From Octopus vulgaris (lineage: Eukaryota), in assembly GCA_951406725.2 (NCBI GenBank), contig OX597823.1:64542001-64606000 (forward strand): a stretch of DNA of 64,000 nucleotides. Reading direction: 5' to 3'. The translations under genes were made by a program, and so were the position numbers. Shown here one piece after another: positions 1-13,496 of the stretch. The notes under the pieces were generated by a model. The model was not told the DNA's origin. It did not search any database and saw only the letters and a list, made by a program, of their open reading frames with translations. Numbering within the stretch: the first letter of the stretch is position 1; each line of letters begins with the position of its first letter.

Positions 1-459
1 TCGAAAGGTAAGCTACTATAAATCGGCACAAACCTTCCGGACAACCCAATAGTTACCTACTCATATCATCATCACCTTCCTATCCACTTCTTCCTCATCA
101 TCATTGCCATCATCAACATTATCATAACACATTTTAAAATGTTCATTGAATTGATATTAAATGACTCTTATATTTAAATCATCTTTTGAATTTCTTTTTT
201 CCTCATCTGTCATTGGTTAGGAAAATATACTTCTCCATCTTTTTTTATTTACCACCAATATATATATACTTCTTAAACCAGAGAGAAAGTTATCATATAA
301 ATTGAAATCATTAACAACATAAAAAATTAATTTAATTACCGCTTATAATCACCGCAACAGCTTTTGAAATGTTATGCTGATAACAAAAATCAACTAAATA
401 TGATTAGTTTCCTATAAATCAGAAATTAGTGACTTCAAAACCGTTAAAAAAAATTCAAT

Positions 460-609
<150 letters not shown>

Positions 610-1016
610 CAACGACAGTAATAAAAATAGGAATGATATTATTATTGTCATTGTTGTCGTCATCATCACCATCATCATCATTATTATCATTACTTTTTGC
701 ATTTTATTTCTTCCTTCAGTTCTATTTCCATTTCTTGCTGTGCATTTTCCTAATACCTTGAGCAAAGAAACTCACTGTACACATTGATAAGCCACAAAAA
801 TAAACACACCAGATTGTTCATTTATGAAACCAAATAAAGTTATTTAAAAAATATTTTTTTAATTTTCAATATCATCATCATCAACATTGGTAGTAGTACT
901 GGTAGTAGTAGTAGTAGTAGTGGTGGTGGTGGTGGTGTTGGTGGTGGTGGTAGTGATAGTAGTAGCAGCAGCAACATAGTTTTTTAGGATTTTGTATTTT
1001 AAGTTATTGTGAACAC

Positions 1017-1616
1017 AGGCACAGGAATGGCTGTGTGGTAAGTAGCTTGCTTACCACCCACAGGTTTCCAGGTTCATTCCCACTGTATGGCACCTTGGGC
1101 AAGTGTCTTCTACTATAGCTTTGGGTTGATCAAAGCCTTGTGAGTAGATTTAGTAGATGGAAACTGAAAGAAAGCCCATTGTATATATACATCTATATGC
1201 ATGTGTGTGTGTGTGTGTATATCTTTATATATAAAAGTGAGGTTGTGTGCTGTCTGTCTCCTACGATTTAGATTCCTAACTACTCCCACATTTTACGATG
1301 CAGTTTAACCAAAACCGGGTATCTTATAGTCATGATTCATATCGAGCCCTTCTGAGTATTAGCGCGCGTCTACGATGAGTCTATGATTTAAAAAAAAATT
1401 TACCATCAATTTTTCCCATTTTTAATGCATTTTTGGCATATATAAGGGAAGTAACTCTCTAAAAATTTATTATTAAATCTCAGAATGTAAAAAGCCACAC
1501 TAACACCCCCCCTTTGTGGTTAGCCATATTGAGATGGCTATTATACTTTACATTTCTAAAAAGGCTTATATAGTTATTTCCCTTACAAACCCGAGCAACG
1601 CCGGGTGATACTGCTA

Positions 1617-1652
<36 letters not shown>

Positions 1653-1950
1653 CGAGTTTACGAAAAAAAAACAAAAGATGAAGACAGGTGGTGTACAAAA
1701 CAAACAGATGTATTAGTATAATGCCCATATATATATGTATGTGTGTGTGTGTGCTTGTGTGTCTGTTTGTCTCCCCAACATCACTTGACAACCGACACTG
1801 GTGTATTTATGTCCCTGTAACTTGGCAGTTCGACAAAAGAGAGCAATAGAATAAGTACTAGACTTACAAAGAATAAGTCCTGGGGTTGTTTGCTCGACTA
1901 AAGGTGGAGCTCCAGCATGGCTGCAGTCAAATGACTGAAACAAGTAAAAA
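1017..1950 (+). mobile_element. tRNA-derived SINE family A (internal (TA)n(TG)n microsatellite), split by a Helitron
   Basis: Head ggctgtgtggtaagtagcttgct...ggttca.tcccactg (A/B boxes), body ccttgggcaagtgtcttctactatagc, tail gcagtcaaatgactgaaacaagtaaaa. Confidence 0.85.
1222..1617 (+). mobile_element. Non-autonomous Helitron-like element inserted in a SINE microsatellite
   Basis: 5' TC(tttatatataaaag), subterminal hairpin cccg-agcaacgc-cggg, 3' CTAG, inserted at A^T with no TSD. Confidence 0.75.
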
Positions 1951-2174
1951 AATAAATTTCTATAATATTTTCATGTTTTAATTACTATCACTCCTAAGAG
2001 GGAAATATATTAATGTTACTTTGTCAATGGTCAAGTTGCTGGGCAATCATTGACAAATATGGCTCTTATTTCATTTTTTAAAACTTTATACCTCTGTGGT
2101 AAGAAGTTTGCTTCAAACCATGTAGTTCCACACTCAGTCTGCATAACATCTTGAGAAAATGTCATCTACTATAT

Positions 2175-2372
2175 CAGTTTCTCAACTGGGGTTCTCCAGA
2201 ACCCTAGGCTTCTGCAAAAGGTTCCTAGGGGTTCTGTGAGAAAGAGTGGAATAAGCTAATAATAATTTCATGATCGTAATATTACTATGTATGCACAACA
2301 TATTATTAATTATTGTAATATATACATCATCCTATCTAACCTATTATGTTATCAAAGAAATACATATATAAA

Positions 2373-2416
<44 letters not shown>

Positions 2417-3803
2417 GACACCCCATAAGTTCTGTCCAAATTTTAAATAAAGAAAACAAGTGATCAAATGTTATATTTAATTGAAATTTAATCATCAATG
2501 TACTTTCCCTGATTATCTATTACTTTCTTCCATCTATTTACAAGCTTTTTAATTCCATCAATGTAAAACTCTTTTGGTTTCAAAGCAAAGAACTCTGAAA
2601 TGTCAGTTTTAATCGCCTTCTGGCTTGCAAAAGCTATTCCCCCAAATGATTCTGTAAACTACGAAGCAAATGGTAGTCTGAAGGAGCAAGGTCGGAAGAA
2701 TAAGATGGATGAGGATTTTTTCCCAACCAAGCTCTTCGATCCTCTGTGATGTGATCTTTGCAGTGTAGGGTCAAACATTGTCCTGATGAAACATCACTCC
2801 TTTTTGATTTACTAAAGTGGGTCTTTTTTTTTCATCAAAGCTTGGTTCAAACGCTCTACTTGCTGACAGTAGACTTGAGCATTGATTGTTGCATTAGGTG
2901 GTAACAGTTCAAAGTGAATTACTCCTTTGCAATCCCACCAGATAGAGAGAAGAACCGTTTTCCTATGAAGTTCCCTTCTCGGTTGTGGTTGAGCTTTTTC
3001 CTTTTTACCAAGCCACTGTTTATGACATTTAACATTTCGATAGAAGAATCATTTTTCGTCACCAGTCACAAGTTCATCCAAAAAGGCTGACATGAGTTCA
3101 CAAGAATGGAGAAAAGAGCAGATGTCAACTCAGGATTTGTGGTTGCTTTTGGACAATTCATGAGGCACCCATTTTCCAAGTTTAGGAACCTTTCCAAGTT
3201 GTCGAAGATGACAATGAACAGTTGTGTGGTTTGAACTAAGCTTTATTCAACTAATAATGCAGGATTTTCTTCAAGTAATGCCTCAAGGAGCTTATCATCA
3301 AACTCAACTAGATGTCCTGTTCGATCATCTTCAAGGCTGAAATCTTCACTTCTGAGTTTTGCAAACCATCTTCTGCAAGTTCTTTCATTCAGCATTCTTT
3401 CCCATAAACTGAATGTATGTTTTGAGTCACTTTCGCTGCAGAGTTTCCTTTTTTGTATACATTAAGCATTATGTGCCTCAAATGCTCATTGGATACTTCC
3501 ACGTTAGAAAGGGTTTTAATCAGAGAAATTTTAATTCTATTATTCTGTAAAATAATATTTAATTAGTTTAAATGTACACAAATGCATAAAAATAATTTTT
3601 AATTCCATTAGAGATTCTAAAATACTATTAAGTTTCATTCAATTTTAAAAAAGGTAAAATCAGACAGAACTTATGGGATGACATGATTTATGATATTTAC
3701 CATGTGAACTATGATGCAAAAAATATGAGAAAGATATAGTATATAATTTTTTTTTTGTGCTGGAGTTCCTTGAGACATGTAATTTATTTTAAGAGAAACA
3801 CTG
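2175..3803. mobile_element. hAT-type non-autonomous element hosting the mariner
   Basis: Ends cagtttctc / gagaaacactg. 8-bp TSD tactatat (2167-2174) / tactatag (3804-3811), splitting a SINE. Confidence 0.7.
2413..3686 (-). mobile_element. Mariner (DD34D) transposon, full length but inactivated
   Basis: About 24-bp TIRs (tcaggacaccccataagttctgtc / gacagaacttatgggatgacatga) with a TA flank on the left. Minus-strand WVPHEL, VTGDEK*, FHQDN and HPSYSSDLAPSDY motifs, with stops. Confidence 0.92.
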
Positions 3804-3903
3804 TACTATAGCCTTGTGAGTGGATTTAGTAGATGGAAACTGAAAGAAGCACACCGTATACATGCATATATACATGCACACACACACAGACACACACACA
3901 CAT

Positions 3904-3946
<43 letters not shown>

Positions 3947-4319
3947 TAACAATTGATGAACAGGTGTCAGTTCATTACAGCTGTTTCTAATGAATTTTTT
4001 AATTGATTGTCCATCAATCGTTACTTATATATTTTTATTTCACTTCACTGGAACCTGCACCACACGTATTCCAATGTATTTTATGGACAGTATATTTAAT
4101 AAAATGTAAAGTGTACATGTCTGAATAGCTCAAGAGCAGATTATATACTTAGTTGGGTTCAATTAATTGTTTACATTACCCAAATATCATTCTGCCAGTA
4201 CTTCTGTATCAAGGTTGGTATTCATCTATAATTGCTGTGTTTGCATTTTATCTTGACCTAACAAGTTGCATCACCTTTAAGTACCTTATTGAATTGAATC
4301 TTGTTATATTGTAATGCTA

Positions 4320-4383
4320 TATGTGTGTTTGTGTGTGGGGTATAAATATGTGTGTGTGTGTGTTTGTATGTATATATGTGTGT

Positions 4384-4452
<69 letters not shown>

Positions 4453-4545
4453 CATACATACATACATACATACATACATACATACATACATACATACATG
4501 CATACATACATACATATATACATACATACATACATACATACATAA
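4320..4545 (+). repeat. Compound (TG)/(TA)/(TAGA)/(TACA) microsatellite
   Basis: Direct reading. Confidence 0.95.
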
Positions 4546-5747
4546 ATACTTGCATATAAATATTTGAATCACAGTATATGGATTCAACTAGAAAATGCTC
4601 CTTAATATATCATCCAACGAAGCACATAGAATATATAAAATGATACAAAAATAAAATATAAGTAGTGTATAAAATTATAAATAGAGAAATATACTATGAT
4701 AAAATATATTTTACCATCAATATTCATATTTAGCAACAATTGTTTCACAGCTTAATAAACATATATAAATAATTTATTTTATTATATTTTATAATGAATA
4801 ACAAATTATTTACACTTCTGTATTGATATATGTACAATTTTTAAATTAATGCAGATATTAAGCTTGCTTGTCAGGTTAAAAGAACTCCCCATTTAAAATA
4901 ATATCTCAACATAACATTTCAAAATGCAGAGTCAACTTTTTAAAACACATTAAGATATGGTAAACCATATGAATAAAATTAATGGAAATTAATAAAACAG
5001 TTTTCTCTACAAAGAAGGAAAATTTTGTAAGGTATTAAAATGTAAATAGCAGATAATCTAGGTATCAAAGAAGGTTAGATATAAAAGAATGAATAGGAAA
5101 ATCATATATTTAACATTACTAACCTAGAAAATGGAAAGAATGATAAACATAGAGAAAAAATAACAAAGTGAAACTAAATTCTTAGCGACTATGTTTATGA
5201 CATATATGGATTGATATCAATGGAAAAAATATGAACAACATGAAATTAAAAATTTGAAGTTCAAAGATAAAGGCAAATAGAGAATAAAGTGTAAAAAAAA
5301 TAGGAGCAATATCATTTAATACTGTAGATGGGGATATATTGAAGTATATAAGGTAAATACACAGAAAAATAACATTGATATGTATTCATTAAAATAGCGT
5401 TTGAAAATACATAATTATTGTTATAATAGAGCTAGATATATTAAAAAAATTTATGCATAAATATCCTATAAATATTGTTAGTATCTATGTAAGGTCGAAA
5501 TTTGACTATCATTGTATTCAAAGTGACTGAATTGACTATATAGACAGTTAAATATTTTTATCAGGAGTGTAAATAATTATAATTAGTAATAAATGATAAA
5601 ATAAAGATAAAGCAGTAGAAAAAAATAGGCACATATATTTATATATATATGCATACAAATGTAAACAAACAAATATATATATTTTTTTATTTTGTTAGAA
5701 GTGTCAAAATTGTTGTTTGACAGAAATAAGATATTTTTTTGAATACA

Positions 5748-6320
5748 GAGTTGCTGTTAGAGCAGCAGAAATATTGGGTAAATTACTCTTACAAGGCAGA
5801 AAGATTTGTTTACAACCAACCATGGGACTCAAACCTATATCTCTCAAAGATGCTGGCTGAGTGTTTTACTATTAGGCTAAACTGCCTGCTGACGAATTCA
5901 ACTGACAAATTAGACACTAAATACTTTAGCTTTAGTGAACAACCATGTAAGGGTAATATACCCAGTGTTTCTGCTGTTCTAATGGCAACTCTGCATTTTA
6001 AAAAGTATCATCATCTTATTTGTGTCATACAATATACATTTTGATGCTTTGAATAAAAAACAAATATTTGTTTACCTTTATATGCGCATAGTTGTTCTAT
6101 GAAGCTAAAATATTTAGAGTCTAATTTTGCAGATTAATTTGTCAGTGGGCAGTTTAGCTTAATGGTAAAGCACTCAGACAGAGAATTTGAAGAATATGGG
6201 TTTGAGTCCCACAGCTGGTTGTTGGCAAATTTTTCTGCTTTGTAAGGGTGATTTATGCAGTATTTGTGCTGTTCTAATGGCACCTTTGCATTTGAAAAAC
6301 TTCACCTTCTTATTTCTATC
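5748..6320. repeat. Diverged fold-back with head-to-head tRNA-like segments
   Basis: 5748-5932 is the reverse complement of about 6100-6285. A tRNA-like segment lies at 6147-6220. A further direct partial copy lies at 5946-6020. Confidence 0.75.
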
Positions 6321-6322
6321 AC

Positions 6323-6381
<59 letters not shown>

Positions 6382-6599
6382 TTACGTAAATATACGTATA
6401 GATAGATATATGTATTGTTCTTTATGCTTACTATTTAAAATTTTTTAGGTTATTAACGTTAACTATATGATTAATGTTAAACATATGATTTACTTATTTA
6501 TTCTTTTATATTTAACCTTCTCACATACCAAACTATCAACTATTTACATTTCAGTATCCTACCAAATCTCCTTTCCCTTCGTATATATATATGTACATG

Positions 6600-6832
6600 T
6601 ATATATGTGTGTGTGTTTGTATGTCTGTGTTTGTCCCTCTAGCATTGCTTGACAACCGGTGCTGGTGTGTTTACATCCCCGTTACTTAGCGGTTCGGCAA
6701 AAGAGACCAATAGAATAAGTACTAGGCTTACAAAGAATAAGTCCTGGGGTTGATTTGCTCGACTAAAAAAAAAGGCGGTGCTCCAGCATGGCCGCAGTCA
6801 AATGACTGAAACAAGTAAAAGAGTAAAAGAGT
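6600..6832 (+). mobile_element. SINE family A, 3' half
   Basis: gcttgacaaccggtgctggtgtg...cagtcaaatgactgaaacaagtaaaagag. Confidence 0.85.
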
Positions 6833-6987
6833 ATATATATCATCATCATCATCATCAACTGGGGTCTGTGAAGCTGGAAGGCTTCGTCAGGCCCAGTCAG
6901 ATCTGGCAGCGTTTCTACGGCTGGATGCCCTTCCTAACGCCAACCACTCCGCGAGTGTTTATCATAATATATTTTTCCTAATGTATG

Positions 6988-7018
<31 letters not shown>

Positions 7019-8002
7019 GTATTTATGTATGTATGTATGTATGTATGTATGTATGTATGCATATATGCATGTATGTGTTTATCTATCTATCTTTATCTTT
7101 TACTTGTTTCTCTCATTAGACTGCAACAATGTAGGTTCAATTCCAGCTTGAGTTTTAGTTTTTGTAGTTACATCTTTTGACCAAGATTTCAAGCAGTAAT
7201 TCATATCCTTGATATACACCAGCATGATGTTAAACTTCTAGAAAGCTGTGTGTGCATTGCAAGTTTAATTCTTGCTTTTGCTTGATATTTAAAATTTATT
7301 TCGTATATTTATGATTACTGAGGAAAGTTAATTTTCTGGATGAATATAGGATTTAGTTAAATTTCCACCTTGCAAGCAGTATGTCCAATGTAGAACTAAT
7401 TTTTTGTTGAATTTTATAATTTCCCTTGAGTTTTATATCTATGATTTTCTACCAGTATAAATTGATAAGGAATCAGTGAGGTCTATTTTAGCTGACATAC
7501 CATTAAAACTCAATATGGAGACCAAGTTTTGTTTTGATTGTCATGCGATATTTTATTTATCATGGAATAGACTGATGGAAAGTTCAAATTCTGATGAATG
7601 CTCCTATCAAATCAATTGCCAATGTACATAAAACTTTTTTCCGCATACATACACAAGTCATTTGGCTGAATTTAATAGGTGTGACTGTGTGGTTAAGAAG
7701 TTCCATTGTCAACCACTTGGCTGTGGGTTCAGTCTCAGTGTGCAGCACCTTGAGAAAGTGTTTTCTACTATATAGCTGTAGGCTGACCTAAGCATTGTGA
7801 ATGTATTTTGTATATAGAAATTGAAAGAAGCCCATTGAATATATAGGTTTGCGTGTGTATATGTGTGTGTGTGTGAGTATATATGTGTATGTGTTTGCAT
7901 GCATGTGAGCATGTGTATCTATATATATGTATATTTATATGTATATATATTTATATATGTACGTATCTATATTTATATTTATATATATACATACACACAT
8001 GC

Positions 8003-8050
<48 letters not shown>

Positions 8051-8175
8051 GCACAATAAACATACACATATATACAAACATGTACATATATACATACACA
8101 TATACATATATATTCATGCACATACATATATACATAAACACACTCACACACACACATGTATACGCACACACATGT

Positions 8176-8206
<31 letters not shown>

Positions 8207-9199
8207 CACACACTCATATATAATACACACATACATATATACATAAATGTATTTGTAATATATATGTGTATGTGTTTGATATTTCTTATTACTTAATAGT
8301 TGTAAATGAGTGTCGCCATTATACAAGTGGTGTTGTTTGTTTCTTATCTTCTGTGAATACATTCCTGGACAAAGGAAACTATTAGCTTGCTTGGAAACAG
8401 GTGAGGTTTAGTATGAAGAAAAGAATCTAGCCATAGAAAATCTGTATCAATGGATTCCATCCAACCTCTTCAAGTAGGGGAAAGTAGACATTAAAATGAT
8501 GATGATGAAGATAAATTCAATGAAATATGTGACTCTAATTTGCAATTTGTAGAGTTTCAGATTAAAATAAATTTCAACATATTACTCTGCTTCATTGCAT
8601 TGTATTCTGTTTCTGGTAACTCATTGTTGTTGTTGCTGCTGCTGCTGTTGTTGCTGTTGTTGTTGTTGTTGTTTAGTCTGAAGTTATCCTGGTCAAGTAA
8701 ACCTATGATCAAAACTATTACAACCATGACCATCTCATCTTTGACCTGATGGTAAACGATAAACATACTTCAATCACAAGGCTTTATTCAAACCACTGTC
8801 CAGAGTATGGCTTGAACCCAGGACCACTGGAGTTACAAACCAAATTGGTTAATTATACAGTGTTGCCTGCACCTATAGTAAGTAATATTAGTTTTGTCTG
8901 CTGCTATTTAGACATAAATCTATTAGTGAGATGGTAGTTTTATTGAGTTAATTTTTGCTTCTAATGGCTTGATGCTGTATATTGATAAGAAGGATGGGAT
9001 GGAGGAAAAGCTAATATAACATCTTTAGAAGAAAATCCAATTTATAAAATTAGTTTTGAGAACTGAGAGCAAAACAGTTGAATAATATCTACAAAAAGTG
9101 TGAACATTACAAAGATGTGTGTGTGTATGTATGTGTGCATGTGTGTGTGTATGTATGTGTGCATGTGTGTGTGTGTGTATGTGCGTGTGCATATTAACG

Positions 9200-9860
9200 G
9201 AGAATGTAGACTTTGTTAATTACAGATGTGCTGGAGCAATAAATGCTAAGAACACATGGGAAACAGATTTTTCTCAAATGCCTCGGAGGATCCTTAGAAG
9301 TAACAGATAATATTTTGTTACCTGGTTAATCTTAATTGCAGTAGAGGAGGGTGTTGCTGAATACAAACCAGCTGGAGAAAGTTCAGAGAGCTATCACTCT
9401 GATTGATGATGACAGACAGACTTCTCTCACTCATGATGAATGTTGGTTTGTATGATGTTTGTACTGAAATGTGGGTGGTAAACGCAGAGGACATATGGAA
9501 TGTAGAAAGTAAATGAAGCTTAACAAGAACTGCTGGATGTGATGTGCAGCATCAGTGTACATGTACAAAAAGGTGCAAATGGGTCGAAAGAAGAGCTGGG
9601 CATAAGTGGCATCAGATATAGTATGGAAGAGGAAGAGGTCATTGCAATGCGTGCGGATGACAACAGCGGCACAAAGAACTGCCAATCACTAAATGTAGAC
9701 AGAACTTGTGGAAGGGTGAGACCAAAGAGGATGTAGGAGTAAGCAATGAAGGCTGACCTTCGGTTGCTGAACCTTAAAGAAGAGATGACAGGGAAACAGA
9801 AGGATTGACTATTTGCCATGCTTGAGAAAACCCATCTATCTCAGCAACAAAATAAGGTCC
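9200..9860 (+). mobile_element. Old RTE LINE 3' fragment
   Basis: Degenerate similarity to 47480-48100 (ctggatgtg...cagtgtacatg, gcatcagat, ggaagggtgagaccaaagagg). Confidence 0.65.
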
Positions 9861-9881
9861 TAAAAGCAAATTAGATGTTAA

Positions 9882-10003
<122 letters not shown>

Positions 10004-10084
10004 CGTAATCGAGAAATAAAAATATAAAAAAAACAAAATATAAGACATGAGTTAAAAGACGACAGAATTATTATGATGGTAATG

Positions 10085-10565
10085 GTGTTGAGCTGGGAGA
10101 ATTGTTAGTATGCTGGGCAAAATGCTTACCAGCATTTTGTCTGTCCTTACATTCTGAGTTCAAATTCTGCCAAGGTTGACTTTGCTTTTTCGTCTTTTTG
10201 GGGTCATTGGAATAAGTACCAGTTACACACTGAGGTCGATATAATTAACTAGTCCTCTCCCCACAAAACTTCAGGCCTTGCGCCTGCAGTAGAAAGGATT
10301 ATTACTACTATTATTATTAAAGTAGAAGAATTATTATTAAGGTGGAAGAATTATTATTATTTAGCTCGAAGAATTGTTAACTTGCTAGAAAAGGTGCTTA
10401 GCTGCATTTTATCCAGCTTTACATTCTGAGTTCAAATTCTGCTGCGGTCGACTTTGCCTTTCATCCTTTCAGGTCAATAAAGTAAGTACCAGTTGAGAAC
10501 TAGGGTTGATGTACTAAACAAGATGTGTCCCCCAAAATTTCAAACCCTGGGCCTATATTAGAAAG
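10085..10565 (+). mobile_element. Two copies of tRNA-derived SINE family B
   Basis: gagctgg.agaattgttag...ctgagttcaaattc...gactttgcctttcatcctttc...aagtaccagtt. The central domain is reminiscent of Meta-SINE-type domains (not verified). Confidence 0.8.
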
Positions 10566-10568
10566 AAG

Positions 10569-10624
<56 letters not shown>

Positions 10625-10650
10625 GATAATGATACACACACACACGCACA

Positions 10651-10681
<31 letters not shown>

Positions 10682-10997
10682 CTATATAAATATATATGCC
10701 TGTATACTTCGCTGTCGCATTCCACCTCCTACCTTGTCCTCCAAACTTCTTAATTACTATAAATCTTCATCAAGGTATTTTCTCTTATGATACGTCCAAA
10801 CTGAACAAATTCTTTTTGTCTGACCAACACTGATCGTAGAATCATCAAATTGTTGGCTTTTGAGTATTTTTGAGTGTTGTGATTCATGTATTTACCCGAT
10901 GAAAGCTGTTTTTTTCTAATAACGTAGTGTCTCCATTAATCAATCAAAAACTCATTGGAAGCAGCTGTAGTGGAGTAACACATTATCCATCTGTTGT

Positions 10998-11051
<54 letters not shown>

Positions 11052-11144
11052 CACAATAAGGGTGAAAAAATTGAATATTAATTAATAACATCAATTTAAA
11101 ACACCAAGCGGCCTAGCATATAAAGATTGGGATACAGTAAAAAT

Positions 11145-11464
11145 TATTAATACAAGTAATGAGAGAGAGTCCACATGTGGTCACTCTAATGCTAGATATA
11201 GATGCACAAGGGAATCCACCACTAAAGAATTGTTCTCAAGAATTAATTCAACGCGCCAAGAATGTAAGCAAGCAGGACAAATGAAAAATAATGAAAAAAT
11301 AGAATCTATTTTTTGTTATTTTTCATTTGTCCTGCTCGCTTACATTCTTGTGCGTGTTGAATTAATTCTTGAGAACAATTCTTTAGTGGTGGATTCCCTT
11401 TGTGCATCTATATCTAGCATTAGAGTGACCACATGTGGACTCTCTCTCCTTACTTGTATTAATA
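11145..11464. repeat. Near-perfect 320-bp palindrome
   Basis: Arms 11145-11303 and 11305-11464 are reverse complements with only a few mismatches; centre at 11304. Confidence 0.95.
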
Positions 11465-11524
11465 TATATATGTATATATATATGTATATATATGCATGTG
11501 TGTGTGTGTGTATATATATCTATC

Positions 11525-11557
<33 letters not shown>

Positions 11558-12360
11558 ATATACATACACACACACATATATGTATATATATATTTTTTGT
11601 ATGATATTTTATATGAAATTTTTTATAATGACAATACAAATAAATTATAATTTATTTGTATCGTCATAATAAAAAGTTTCAACATCTCCATATCATATAA
11701 ATAAACTATTCATACATCCATCTTTCTTCATTTTCTTTCTTTCAACATTAATAATATGTATTACTATAATAATCCCTAACATATCATCAAGACATTCTCA
11801 TTATACGACAATGATTAACCAGTGGAATTTTTTTTGGATTATATAATCCCTAATGTGGATTTATCATCCTTGAATTGACCATATATATATATAAAATCCG
11901 CCCTGTCTGACTGTGTGTGTGTATTCTAGGATCTCGGGCATCCTCCATCAAATTCGATATGTAGATACCGACAGTATCAGGGCGTGTATAAGTCTTGAAA
12001 AAATTACAGAAATCGATTCCAAGTGATAATGCGATCGATAAAGTGAATAAAATCGTTTTTCTTTGGAATAGAAAAAAAGTCTATCTTTATTTCTTCTTTT
12101 GCTGGTGTCTCAAATTTAGGTTAAATCAGTGTTTTGCAAAGGGGAGGCCTATAGGACGGTCGGACAAGTTGTTTTGTATATACATGTATATATATGATAT
12201 ACATATGTGCATATATGCACATTTACATCAACATATGTACGTATGTATGGATGGCTGTATCTATGCATGTATTCGTATCTATCACGCTATCTGTTTATCT
12301 ATCTATGCATTTATAATATACATGTATACATACACAAACACAGAAACATTCACATATATA

Positions 12361-12938
12361 CAGGGTTTTCAAAAAGTCTCTTTGCAGTGAATTCTTTTCA
12401 TCCTGTGCATGCACAACTTGGCTATCACTGCATGGCTGGCCGTGTGTCAGCCATTGTGGACCCTTCAGCGTGTTGACATGCTAACCATTGAAGAACGTAC
12501 GTTTTTTGTTGAATGTTGAATGTATTTGGAAACAAATACACAGATACTGTGAAACAGAAGTTCATTGAAACTTTTCCAAATATTGTTGTTCCACATCGTG
12601 ACACTGTGCAGGATTTGATAAGAAAATTTAGAAACACAGACTCAGTGGAAGACACACAGCAAGAAGTGGTAGGCCAACTGTTCTTTCAGATGAAACACTC
12701 TCAAATATTTCTGATAAACTGTTGGCAAGCCTGTCAAAGTTCTTACAAAAACTGTCACATAAAACAGAAATCAGCCTAGGAAGTGCTCACACAGCAGTAA
12801 AAAAGAAATTAAATTTCAAAACCTCTTATAAAGTTTTTTAAAGTCTTCTAAAGTCTAAAGTATTCTTTTGTAGTCTGAAACCATTTTATATTTATTTTGC
12901 AATAAAATATTTACTGCGGAGTGACGTTTTGAACACCC

Positions 12939-12940
<2 letters not shown>
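12361..12940 (+). mobile_element. Internally deleted Tc1/mariner-superfamily element with a DUF4817-like HTH remnant
   Basis: TIRs cagggttttcaaaaagtctctttgcagt / actgcggagtgacgttttgaacaccctg with TA on the left. ORF 12513-12779: TVKQKFIETFPN..PHRDTVQDLIRKFRNTDSV. Confidence 0.75.
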
Positions 12941-13004
<64 letters not shown>

Positions 13005-13143
13005 TTTTGCCATTTCAATATGGCTAATAGGGTGGATGCTACTGTAGTTTTTAGCCTCAGGAGGACACACTCCTCCAGCTGGCCATAGACACACTTTCTG
13101 TGTCCTGTCAGTATTTGCAAAGGGAAGTCATCCTTCCCGTCTT

Positions 13144-13213
13144 CAACTTATGATACACACGGACTCGAGTTTCGAGGTATTGACCTCTCGTCAGCGTGTG
13201 ACAATCATAGTTG
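13144..13213 (-). ncRNA. Type I hammerhead ribozyme, copy 1
   Basis: Minus strand CACACG-CUGACGA-GAGGU(CAAU)ACCUC-GAAAC-UCGA-GUC^CGUGUG: complete core, stems I/II/III and a GUC cleavage triplet. Stem I extends (caacuaugau / aucauaaguug) past an internal loop. Predicted cut between 13162 and 13161. Confidence 0.92.
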
Positions 13214-13496
13214 TCGCCGAGAATTAGATCTCCTTCACAAATACTTATACTTTTTCCAGCGTCCACTGTCGCTGATATTGAAAAAGTGAAATCAAACAAT
13301 GATAAATATCAATGTGAGTTATATACAGTAGCGGTAACACAACGTGACGTATTTTTGCCATTTCAATATGGCTAACCCCTAAGGGTGGATGCTACTGTAG
13401 TTTTTAGCCCCAGGAGGACACACTCCTCCAGCTGGCCATAGACACACTTTCTGTGTCCTATCAGTATTTGCAAAGGGAAGTCATCCTTCCCGTCTT

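Noticed and set aside
11881-12090. Helitron-like 5' end (tatataaaatccgccctgtctg)
   Set aside because: No 3' hairpin-CTAG terminus found, so support is insufficient.
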